From Phoronis australis (lineage: Eukaryota; Animalia; Phoronida), in assembly GCA_002633005.1 (NCBI GenBank), contig NMRA01000024.1, positions 1,414,780 to 1,478,779 on the forward strand: a stretch of 64,000 bases of DNA, written 5' to 3'. A program made the position numbers and the translations under genes. The stretch's first letter is position 1. Each line of letters starts with the position of its first letter. Of the stretch, positions 52,701 to 64,000 are shown one piece after another. The notes under the pieces were generated by a model. The model ran no database searches. It was not told where the DNA came from and worked only from the letters and a program-made list of their open reading frames with translations.

Positions 52701-55700
52701 TGCTTGTTGTCATAGGTGTCTTAGTTTTTTTAAAATTCATCTAGAAGCCCATGTTCTGTCCAAAAATTTCACTTGATTTAAACCCCTGCTAGCTATAAAC
52801 TGGTATCATTTCGTTCTTTGCTTTTAACTGAAAAATGGTTCCTGGACATGGAAATAGTTGACAGTTTGGCAATAGTCGCACATAACATGATCACATTTTG
52901 ACAACCAATTTGGTGCCCTTTATTCAGTGGCGAGAAATGGTTCTCAAATTGCATGCACGTTTTATCCGACTGTTGACGACAGCTCATTATTGCTTCTGAT
53001 CATAACGTATTCGTTTGTCAGCTTTCTTCAAAGCCAGAAATCACCTGTAATTAGACTAAGGAAAGATTTGAGACCATTGTCATTACAGCGAGTGATCTGT
53101 GTTGAAAGTTAGAGGTTTTCATGATGAAATCTTGGTGGTTACTTTAAAGGCAGTTCATCTTTGCTGATATTTCTCCAACTTGCAGTATGTGTTGTTCACA
53201 GGTTAATGGGTAGACTGTATATCTGTGCTTCCAAGCTCATAAACATCTCACCAGTGCACTGCTCTTGGGAGCACTGCACTGCCGCCAGCCGTGAGCTTGG
53301 AAGTTGCAAAAGGTACATTGTGACTTGGTGTTTAAATGAAAATTTGTCACCCAGATAGGCTAATGTGAAATAAATGTGTGAGCTTATGCATTAGGTATTT
53401 ATCAGGACTCCCTAGAAAATCTAATCATTGGTTTTTTGTCGGTGTTGTGTTGCCTGAAAGTGATAGTTGAGTTGTTAAAATTTTCTCACGTAGGCGTGAC
53501 TTTTTTATGTAACCCTTCTCATGATGGCATCCACTAAACAAGATTTTTGGAGTGCTTTTGTGGAAGCTCTCGTTGGCATCTCTTGAATTATATTGTTTCC
53601 TCCACAGAGGGAGCCTGTCCTTCGTAAAGAGCTGAGCAAGGCCAGACACGCTGCTCGTGTCTACACGCACTCGACACGAATATGGCTGCCGCGCAACTAC
53701 GTCATACGCAGGCACCTGTTCAGTGAGGCGACCATAATCCCAACGGTACTGAGTAACCTGCCGGCTGACAGGACGGCCAAGCGGAGAAGTCTCATTGACA
53801 CGGTAAGCTGTCGGGTATTGAAGACTTGATGGTGCCAATGAAGTATGGGTTCTCTGACTTCTTAGTAACAGCTTGTGAGCGTGTCATTTAACTGCCTGAC
53901 TGTGTTGCTTAGTAGCATCACCCAGTTAAGCAACTTCTGACTCCATCTAGTCTTCCATCATAATGATTGCAGTCTAATGTGAAAGGTACTTTGATAGCAA
54001 AACAAAGGTATCAAGAAAATGACACAAAAAGATGTTCTTTAATTTATCGTTTCATTTATCATTTTATTCGTTTTTCACAAAGTTTTTTAAAGTAATGTAA
54101 TTTTCATTTTATGCAGCTTTTTGAGATTTTCCTGTATATAGTAAAAGTGGAACACGTCTAAAAACAATTCCTAACAGTGGTTTGGAGAACAGTGCATAAA
54201 GTATTGTAGTATCTGAAAATTTCATATTTTGCATCTAATCAGCCATATTTGATATATATATGACATTCCAAAGTTAGCCAAATTTGGACATTTTTTAGTA
54301 AGGTCCTACACAGAACCTTAACTATCTCCCCGCAGTTTTATTCATGTTAGCCTCTGTTGGTTCTTGCTGTTGATATGAAGGTATGTCTGTCTTTTGCAGC
54401 CTTACTTCACTGTAGAGAAGTACACGGAACGCAAGACGTACAGCACATACCCCCTGTGGAGGTGGTGGAACTTCCTGCACAGAGCCTGGGCCTGGAGCTG
54501 GAACACTATGTTCTTCTTACTGGTTAGTGACTGTCGGAGTAGGTTGAAGGGTCTAAACCTTGTCTTGTTTGGTATATCACTGTCAAAGAATGGTTCATCC
54601 ACTAAAAGGAGAAGGATATTCCTGACCATTGGTTTCTTTAAATTATGTAATATTGAGGTTAACGTGCAGTGTCCATGAATTGTGGGATATTGAGACATCG
54701 GAGCAGATGAGACTCAATGAAATAAAATGTCCAGTCAGCAGGTGGTGGGATGGCTGAATGTCCTGTAAATCCCTGCTCTAGGTTGTGCCCTTATTCAGTT
54801 CTTGTCTGTCGGTAAAATGTCAATTGCGAAAGTCTCTATGGTGAGGAAATCTCACCCTTTGTCAGGTTATTCTTGACTTGAACATGAGGTTCATTTTGAG
54901 GTAGAGCAGTTGTTAGGTGGAGAGTGTTATATTTTGCCCTTGGTTCTGGTACTACTGAAGTATATGTGGGGGGGGGTTGTACTCTGGTGTTTAGATCCGT
55001 GTAAATAATAAATGGCTGATCAATATATGATTTTTGAAGGTTTTATTGCTTAAAAACCTACCAAGTAAATACATAGGGTGACATTATTCTGCACATTATA
55101 TGTTGGTATTGCTAAGTTTATATTAGGTGAAATTTGTATTCTGTACACTGAATGAAGTACTTAACATTTAGCTAAAAGACGACTTCCAATGTTGACAAAT
55201 CATGTCTATAAAGCAGTGCCACCTGTCTAACTTGTTTCTTTGAAGTTTTCACTGTTTTTAAAAAATGCGATATGTGTTAGTCTCTCTATGTGTTCAATAT
55301 ATTTTGTCTCTTCTTGCAGGTTGTGGTCCCCTGGTGCAGTCCTATAAGCCTGAGAGCTTTGCTGTCTTCTCAGGCTTTCATGCCCGACATTGAGCTTTCT
55401 CAAGACAACGTAAGATCTATGGTGTAGTTCTGTACACAATATTTGTTAAGAGTAAAAGCTAAGATTTTTGGCCATATATTTACAATAAATACAAGGCACA
55501 GGACCTCTTTGATAGATTTCAACTAAAAGTTAAAATAAACATTAATTACCGATCACCTGGCACCTTACTATGAAGAGTCATTGATTGAAGCAGTGTAGCT
55601 TAATGAGTTCTGCATTCCAATTGAACAAACAATACAATCGTCTCAAATTGAATGCAGACTGTCTTCAATCTGTAGTTGGTCATAGTGTTTAAGACTTGAT

Positions 55701-58700
55701 GCTGGACTCTTGGCAGTTACGACAAATGCATCATTTCGCTATGGTTGCTCGCAAAGTGTAAGCGAGGGCCTGGGGAACTATAATTAACATAAAAATGCAT
55801 ATTAAAGAATTGGTTAATCATATTTTCAGTTTAAAAAAACACCAAAAAGATTTTGGCCATCACCTTACAAAGTAACGTTGCTGAAGTTGTTATAGGTGAC
55901 AGGAAATGTTCATAATTATAGCATTTAGTAACATGCGCTTATAATAATTCAAGAACTCTGACTAATTGTCCAACCAGCGCATTCTCATTTATCCCTAGTT
56001 TCCAGGTTAACCATTGGAAATGAATATTTTTGCAATTTTATGTTTATTTCTTAGAACTTCTCACTCTCTTATATCTAAATTAGTGCATCGACCGAACAAT
56101 TGAAGAATATTTTGCAGTATTTATTGAATAAATCACTACTGCTAATCTTCAACAAAACTGGATTTGTTGTAATATCACACGTCTTCACGCTTTCTCCTTT
56201 TATAGTCAAATTAGCTCTGACAGAATATTGCAAATAATGTCTTATTGAGTAGTAATTGGTAGAAGATTTAATTTTTTCCGTTTAATTGGATGCTTGGTAT
56301 CTGGTGGTTCGTTGGGATGTGAATGTATTCAGTGCTGTGAGCCAGAGCATGAGAAAGTGGTAGTGCAGTTTGAATCATGAATATTATTGCTGACTCTTGC
56401 TATCTATGAGTAAAGTAGATATCTCGTCATAAGTCGCAAGTCAAAAATATTCCTATGCCCACCAGGGCTTGAAACTGTGACAGATTACAGAAGGTCCCAA
56501 ATTCAAGCTTCAGCTGCAACAGAAAACTTTTCCGACTTACAATTATGTGGTCACCTGGGTAGAGTTCGGTAACCCTAGGACCTCACTAAATTCTAGCTAA
56601 GATCATGTGTTCTCATTTATTATAAACTACACACGAATATCTCGCGTAATCTTGCAAAGTATCGTTTTTTAGCGAAGTTCAAGTGTTACTGAACTCTATC
56701 CTGATGTGACCATTTGACTTTGATGAGATAAATATACTTACGGTTAATTCTCCACTTTTTTGTACAAAAATATTTGCCAAAATTTGCAATTTTTTTCATT
56801 TTTTAAATATTTCAAATAATGGAAACTTTCCTAAACTTTTTAAACATTCTTTTCAAGAAATTCGGCAAATTGTAATTTCTCGTGTCGGCCATATTGTGTG
56901 CTAAGTAAGTGAAGTATTACTGCCGTACTTATACGAATCTTTAGCACGTCTAGTTTTTTGCCTTAGTTACAGGAGAAAGTTGAAAGTGAAAACAGAGACA
57001 TGATTCATGATCCAAGTTGTCAAAGTTTTGGTTTATTGGCATAAAACCACTGTCTTGTTGCTTACCAGTGCTACTCATGCATTGTGATGTTCATTTAGTG
57101 TATTGGTTGTATTGTCGATTAGTGACATTGCTTCTTGATGATGGTTTGCCAAAACGTTGGCAACTTGGATCATGAATCGCGTCTCACTTTTCATTTTCAA
57201 CTTTCTTCTGTTACATGAATCTTGTTTGAGTTCCTGCTGCAACAATGCTGTTTTCATTCAAACCTGTCATGGCTTAGACTTTGAATTGTCCTGATGCAAC
57301 CTAGTCAGTTCTCATACTACATAGTCATTTCCTTCTGTCACTCCGTAGGGTGCCTTATGCCCTCGACAGTCGTCACTAACCCACACACTTATATCACGCC
57401 TACGCAAACTGTGGCAGCACGTACGCAAGTCACGTGATCACTTTGAGTCACAGCCTGACAGAGGTATGTTACTAATCTGCATTTTTCAGTTAACTTTGTA
57501 CCATCGTCTTGTAATGTCAAGTGGTTCTTGTAATGAATGGCGATTTACTAGATGAAGTGGATTGCTACATAATTCAATTTAAGAAAATCAATATTTCTCT
57601 TTTTTGTGTCAAAATACGGTTACACGACAACCATATTCAAAGTACCATATTGCCGTCGTGATAACGTACTCTTGTTTATTAGCAGCAAAAATTAGCAGGA
57701 ATAACTATTAGAGCGACGTAACTCTAATTTAAGAATGGTTTCAACACTTCACTAACTTTCGTGTTCATCCATCTTAATTCTCTCTTATGATGGAAGACTT
57801 ATTATTTGATGATGAATTCGACTCCTGCCAATCTGTCATGACTGGGAATTCTAGGTCGTTTTGTCTAAACATTTTTGTCTGGTACTGTAATACTATGTAC
57901 TGAATCAATATTTAATGAAGGTCAGTTGAACTACCGCAGTGTAATTTATCCGTTTCCCCATAATGTGAAATGCAGTCTCCGTCCCTCACCAACTGCTATT
58001 GTATAGTCGTTTAGAGTGTTAATGTACTCGTGAGCAATTGTTTGTGAAACAAAACGAAAGAGCTGTTCTTCCGATAGCCCACTGGACTAGAGAGTCTTAA
58101 CGGTTGGCAGAAAGTCCCAGCTCAGAATAATGTTTTCAGACTTAACGATAGGTCATGTGATGCGACCAACATGTGACGTGTATGAAGACTTAGACTTTAG
58201 ACTAGTAATTCTTAACTTATTATGCGCCCACATATTTATATGTGGACGCATTATGCCGTCATCTCCGTCCGTCTGGGCGGCGTCCGCTGCTCTATCTCCA
58301 AAACCCTTTGACATACGTTCATGAAATTTGGAACATATATTCCATTCATGAATGGGACGGCATGTGCGAACTTTCGGACGGATCCGACTACCGGTGTGCC
58401 CCCTAGTGGCAATTTTAGTTTTTTACGCTTACCTTTGTATCTTCANTGTTAATGTACTCGTGAGTAATTGTTTGTGAAACAAAACGAAAGAGCTGTTCTT
58501 CCGATAGCCCACTGGACTAGAGAGTCTTAACGGTTGGCAGAAAGTCCCAGCTCAGAATAATGTTTTCAGACTTAACGATAGGTCATGTGATGCGACCAAC
58601 ATGTGAGGTGTATGAAGACTTAGACTTTAGACTAGTAATTCTTAACTTATAATGGTTAGTAGTAGTTCTAGAGAAAACAAATGAATAGTCCAGAAATGAG

Positions 58701-61700
58701 CTCTGGTTTGTGAGAAGATAACACAGTGAATTATCATGCTAGAGCAATTGGTGAGGGAGGAATATTAGCACTCCGTACTTACAGCATAACACATTCAAGG
58801 CCTATTGATACCTGATGTATTTGCAACTCTTCTAGGGTTTCTTGGTAAGAGTTTGACTCGCCACTTCAACCGGATATGGAATTACGTGATCAAGGGAGTG
58901 CTAGGCAGTGCAGCCATTGTGCTGCTAATGCCCCCTGCAGTCATCGTCACTTGTCTGGCGTCACTGGCTGCAGGGTTGACGGCCCCTGTCTGGGTTCCTG
59001 CGGCTACGGTGCTGTTTTCCTTCGGAGCTGCCATGGTTTATGACTTTGAGCACTCAGGTGATTGTAATAGAGAGGTTGAGGTTACAGCCTACTCATATTA
59101 TTAACAGCTTAGCACATTTCCTGGTATTATAATGCCGGCAAATTTCCACTACTGTACTGTGGGATGTATTAAATGCTCTGTGATAAAGGCAAATTTATTG
59201 AGAAATCAATGGATTAACAAGGACATCATGTTGCATCTGTTCCCCATTACAAAGAAATATCTGTGATAAAGCCGGTGGCTGCGTGCTATAAATCGGGAGA
59301 ATTCCGGTCTCAGCCAGTGTCAAAAAGCTAAAGAAGTTAAATCCTCAACAAACTTGATTGTAAGGTAATACATGGGAATCCCGGCCAGACCCTTGTCTGT
59401 CAAAATTTGTAATGAATTGCAGGCCTGTTACTGGTTTGCCTATGCTTTGATCAACTTGTTTACCTTTGTGCAGATGACGGAAACAGAATTTTGGTGCTGT
59501 TTGAAGCTATTATCTGGAACCTGTTAATGCAAGGTGTTCTCCAGCCTGTGTGTGCGCTTCTGGCCGGTGTCGTGTGCTGCCCCCTGGCATCATTGTCTGT
59601 AATCTTGTGTAAGTATCTGGGAATCTGACTTCCTAAAACTGCTTTGTGTTTTGTACTGTAGCACTGATTATCAGCTGGTACTGGGGTATGTACAAAGAAT
59701 TTTTTCGACGTTTGAACTGAACAATCTTCTCACTTATGTCTTTAACTTTTACGGATACTGTAGCAACTGATAATTGCCCTGTTATGCACATGGTCTCATG
59801 GAGTCCATTATGACTGATTTATTTCCCTGAACTAGGTGAGACTCTGGCACAAACTAAAGTTACACTTTCTACTCTTTTTAAATTACCAGCCTCTCCTAGT
59901 CACATGGCATTCATACAAGAGGTCGACATGCCTGGCACCTAGTACTCGGTGTACCTGAGCCATTCCGCAAATTGTTTTTCTTGAGTTGCATGAGCTCACG
60001 TTGCTCTACTTTGCACGCTTGTTGAGGAACATTGGACGTGCACAAAACACCTGAGCAAAAGCACGAGAGCCCCGTTATGGTTCTTTGTGAAGGAAGTTTT
60101 CAAGTCTGCCCGTCTCCTTTAAGAATACAAGCGGACTAATGCACTTCGATGCACGTGTAGAATTTTAATCTGCATTTTGTTTCACTGGGTTTATCGTCAT
60201 TTCAGTTGGCCTTTTGCGGCGAGGGGGTCGAGGCTTTTGGGATACACTCATGTTCTACGCTGTCGTCAAGCCGCGTGGGAGAGTCCCTGCCAGTGATGGT
60301 TTTGTCGCCCGAAGGACTGTGGGCCCAGGTCTTGCCTCCAACTATTTCTTTCAAGTAGGTTCAGATTCTGATACTTTTGAGTAGCTGTGGATTGTTAAAT
60401 GTAGTCAGTTTTCGAAATGCAAGTCTTTTGGAACCGATCGTCAGTTTTTAAGACTGAAATATTCCTCTGTAGTTTAATAGCCCTTTCATAATAAATGATG
60501 TGACTTTAGCCCTGTATTATTTTCGAAAATAAACCTCAGTGCCATGTTGCGATTTTCTTTGATGGATGCACTCTTTTATTGGACTGGATACTAAACCCCC
60601 GTTTTGATGATTTCCACCAATTCTCAATATTTCTGTCACCTGCTGATGCGTCGCTGGCGTCAACCTTCCAAGTTAAAGGCAGAAATCAACTAAGAACTCA
60701 TACTCCTTAAGTCATAGATTGGACATTATGGTCCTTAGTGGGTGGTCTTTTCCAACAGTTGTCGTGTAATTCGCTAAAAGCGTAGGTCACTCTTGCCCGT
60801 TTAACAGACTTTGAATTTCAAACGAGTTTTCAAATTTTCCTCCAAACTTTTTTGAAGGTTATCAAGGATTACAGAGGGTTATTTTGTTTCAAAGTACTGG
60901 ATGAGAAAGTCATTTTTAAAGTATCTATTGATAGGTCAAAAACCGGGTCTGTTATGCTTTTAATGCTGTTAAGTTCAAAGCACATAAAATTAGTATTTGT
61001 GATTATTACACGTCCAGCATAAAATATTTTTAGATTTCACTACTAAAGTCTAATCGGAATTGATTTCTGCGTTTCAAAAGAACTAGTCAATGGTTTATAC
61101 TGCACTAATAATTCAGTAATTCAGAATTCACGAACGAATGATTTATGCTACAACAGTTATTTATGCAGTGTATTATGGGAAGTTGTCGGTGCATCAAAAC
61201 TGACGGCTGCCGACGTCTCATAGAAAATAATATCTCTTGCACATTGCTCATTAGGGTTTAATGTACAAGTTTGTGTATTTGGGTTACTAGTAAGATGTCA
61301 AATTTGAAGTGAATTGGACAAAGAGTTGGACGTTTCATTTTCTAGTTTGAAGATGTTATCGCCTACTAATCTCTCTTCTGATGCGTACGCATGCTTTTCA
61401 GGGATCCATGAAAACTTAAAGCAATTGGTTTCAGCCATGTATTGATGTTTGGTACACATTTACTGTACACGCATTGTAGATCCGACCAGAGCAAGCTCTG
61501 GCTGCTCTTGAGGCCCAGATGGAGCTAATGGAGTTGGACGCATGGAAGGCAATGGTGGACAAAACTATTGTGCAGCCACAGCTCAAATATCAGTGAGTTG
61601 ATGTTGTGTTCACGCAACGAAGCATTGCAAACAACTGCGATTCTTATTTGATCTAAATTTTGTAAGAGTAAAGTGGGTGGGAAAGATTGTTGTCTGGCTG

Positions 61701-63476
61701 TGGTTATCACCGACGCTTGTCTTTGTTCCTTTATCCCTCCCCCCAAAATTGAAGACAATCGTAAAAGTCCATGTGCATTCATAACCACAGTCATTGTGTG
61801 ACGGGACGTTCGTAACTTTACGCTTATTGTTATTCTTATTTAGTTGCAAATGTTCAGCTATTCTTATGCTAATGTCTTTGTTGCATCTCAGTGCGCCTTT
61901 GTTACATGGGCATGCGACTGTAGGTGTCGGGCACTTCGCTAGCGACAGGCTTAGGAGAAGGGTGTTTCCTTCCTTTGCCTACATGAAATTGATTGTTATC
62001 ATGTGTGACTGAACTGAACGTATGCCTGATGAGGTGAAATACACATTTTTGATGCTCAGTGGAGACTTGCTCTGTTACAGTTGTAAACCCAACAGGTAAG
62101 AAACATTCATAGTTGGAGTATGAAATGCAACACTTGATCACCTTGAGGTGCCCTGCTTTTGTTTTACAGGTGGTTTGTAAACCAGCACTTCAAGCCATTT
62201 TCTGCTACGATAAGCAATGAAAACGTCTACAAAGATCTCGTAATTGAAACTGAAGATTTGCAGAAGAAGTTGGGCTCTGCTGTACATAAGTAAGTGGTTC
62301 AGCGATTCCTTTGTAAGAGCACTTTCTATTTTGTACTTCATTGATAAATGCTTCATGGTGTTGTTCCCATGTGCTTCAGTATACTTATATTTAACTGTGT
62401 GGTGGCTGGCATCTAGAGTCATGCCTACTAGATTCTGCCCTTGGTTCAATTATATTTTCAGGGAACTATAACCTGTTTTCAGGAAGTCAAAATTTCCACG
62501 AAATGGAAAGGTTTGTCCAAACCCATGTTTTTCAGCTAGACAGAGGATTTTGTATTGTACTACTATTTTTAGCTAACATTATGTTTATCAGGTCTGAAAC
62601 TTTAGTCTGTTACTTAGTACTAATAAGTACTAATTAATAATTTCATCTATTTTAATTTCTTTTTTAGTCCCTTTAATTTCTTTTTTTTTAGTCGGCGACA
62701 AAAACTCAGCAGTACTGGCCTCAAGGACGCCACCTTGAAGAAAAAAATTAAACTTCCCAGTAAAGATCTCAAATTGATCTTGCTCTACGCAAGCAAGATG
62801 GTGGAGCACTTCTTTCCTCAACATGTGATTGGTCGACTCAAAGTCTCAGAGCAACAGTTCTGGGAAGAGAGGCAACTTGAGCTTGGAGACTGGATGGGTA
62901 TTTAAGTATTTTTCACTAATTGGTCCTTATTAATTATGTCAAATTTGATCATTTCAAATGTTCGAAATTGTCATTCTTAGAGTGATAATTTTTATTTACT
63001 TAATTTACAATTACTGCAATGATAGTAATGTTAACTTTGCAAAATTGTTAACTTTTGTGCTTCACGTGACAAAACGTTTGAAATAGTTTACCAGGAGATT
63101 CAAAAGCATGGTGTAAAATGATTTGCTGCTGTGACAACAGACAAAGGGGCAAACTTATAAAGTAAAATTGTTGCTGTTAAGTTGCTAGTATTCTATAGAA
63201 AAGGAGCAAAAACCTCTTGGAAAGGCAAGATTGTTATTGCAGAAATGTCATTTCACATTTTTCAAGACCTTGCATTAAACTGTACTCATGAGCTGTACAA
63301 TGACAAGATGCGTGTGTCACTTATAGTTTGGAAACATTTACATGACATTAGTTGTTACCGCTGTTTGCAAAACGTTTCTCTCTGTTGCAGGTTTGGCCAG
63401 CAAACTTTTTGAAGAAATATTTTCTCCTGGCTTTCTGGTTCCACTGGAGACAACAGATGTCAGTTTTCACCTAGAG
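40749..63476 (+). CDS. Large uncharacterised predicted multi-pass membrane protein (partial, 23 exons, about 927 aa; start exon not identified, 3' end beyond the window)
   Basis: Exons 40749-40826, 42373-42456, 43345-43472, 44770-44875, 45304-45421, 45828-45925, 46883-46963, 48268-48361, 49849-49953, 50266-50388, 50936-51027, 52551-52670, 53608-53802, 54400-54522, 55320-55409, 57349-57463, 58836-59057, 59474-59608, 60206-60354, 61480-61592, 62170-62289, 62692-62897, 63391-63476. Every junction is GT-AG, phases chain without a stop (2781 nt). Hydrophobic segments in exons 14-18. Confidence 0.85.
41172..41404. repeat. Intronic inverted repeat (about 41-bp arms), MITE-like
   Basis: GTTTTGCTTTAATCGCTAAAACATTATCAAGACAATAAACC versus GGTCTATTGTCTTGATAATGCTTTAGCGATTAAAACAAAAC. 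Confidence 0.65.
56970..57210. repeat. Intronic inverted repeat (about 60-bp arms), MITE-like
   Basis: GAAAGTTGAAAGTGAAAA...GATTCATGATCCAAGTTGTCAA versus TTGGCAACTTGGATCATGAATC...TTTTCATTTTCAACTTTC. Confidence 0.65.
58221..58445 (+). mobile_element. 5' part of a Helentron-associated (HINE/DINE-1-like) non-autonomous element, cut by the gap
   Basis: Begins TATGCGCCCACAT...ATGTGGACGCAT (short hairpin), then CCGTCCGTCT microsatellite seed and a core-like segment; missing from the duplicate 58447-58650. Confidence 0.55.
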
Positions 63477-64000
63477 GTGAGGAGATTGAGATATAAAATG
63501 AATATCAAGTCTTCTTTAATGTTCTGTCAGTTTGTTTGATTGGCAGCAGTATGGTTCTCATCATGACATGGTTTTAAAGTCCAAATCTAATCAATGCTGG
63601 GCAACTGGTACATTTTTTAACTGAACCGGTTCCTGTTGGAGGACATGGTAATCGCCACTACTGTATCGCCATTGCTAATACTGTGGCATTTACCCACAAT
63701 GCTGTGCATTCGGGGGAAGGGGGCTCTTGTCCCTCAGTTGCACACTGCTGTTTTACCTTAAAATTAGATCACTTTGTTATTTGTTGTTTTGATGCAAATA
63801 AAGTGATGAAATGAAGACAGAAAATTTTGAAAAGCTGAGTGTAGCACGATTGAAATAATGTTCTTCACTTATCCAACTTGATTCAGAAGTTTGCTGTTGG
63901 TCGTGCATTTTGAAACCTAGGTCAATCATGCAATGCATTTTTATCCCTCCACAAAGAGCGGTGATTTGGGGATGTGGGAATCTTAGCAACTTGTAGGTGT

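Noticed and set aside
56440-56520. tRNA or tRNA-derived SINE
   Set aside because: Only a partial B-box-like motif; no cloverleaf or A box.

Overview
Eukaryotic (animal, probably marine invertebrate) AT-rich genomic DNA with spliced genes; no prokaryotic features. Minus strand: two tandem paralogous GT14 beta-1,6-N-acetylglucosaminyltransferase (core-2/I-branching-like) genes, A (921-3192) and B (16030-19494, probable upstream exon near 28132-28256), and a complete RPS2 (uS5) gene (CDS 33837-36234). Plus strand: a large gene of unknown function; I reconstructed 23 phase-consistent GT-AG exons (40749-63476, about 927 codons, both ends missing) encoding a predicted multi-pass membrane protein. 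The probable first intron of paralog B holds a decayed, 5'-truncated Ngaro/DIRS-type tyrosine-recombinase retrotransposon with split direct repeats. There are many small non-autonomous elements, several with exact TSDs. All six single-N positions (12449, 18717, 29768, 31795, 39157, 58446) sit between near-identical tandem copies. These are best read as uncollapsed haplotype overlaps, and they expose heterozygous structural variants. Family names come from my recognition of motifs, not from database searches.
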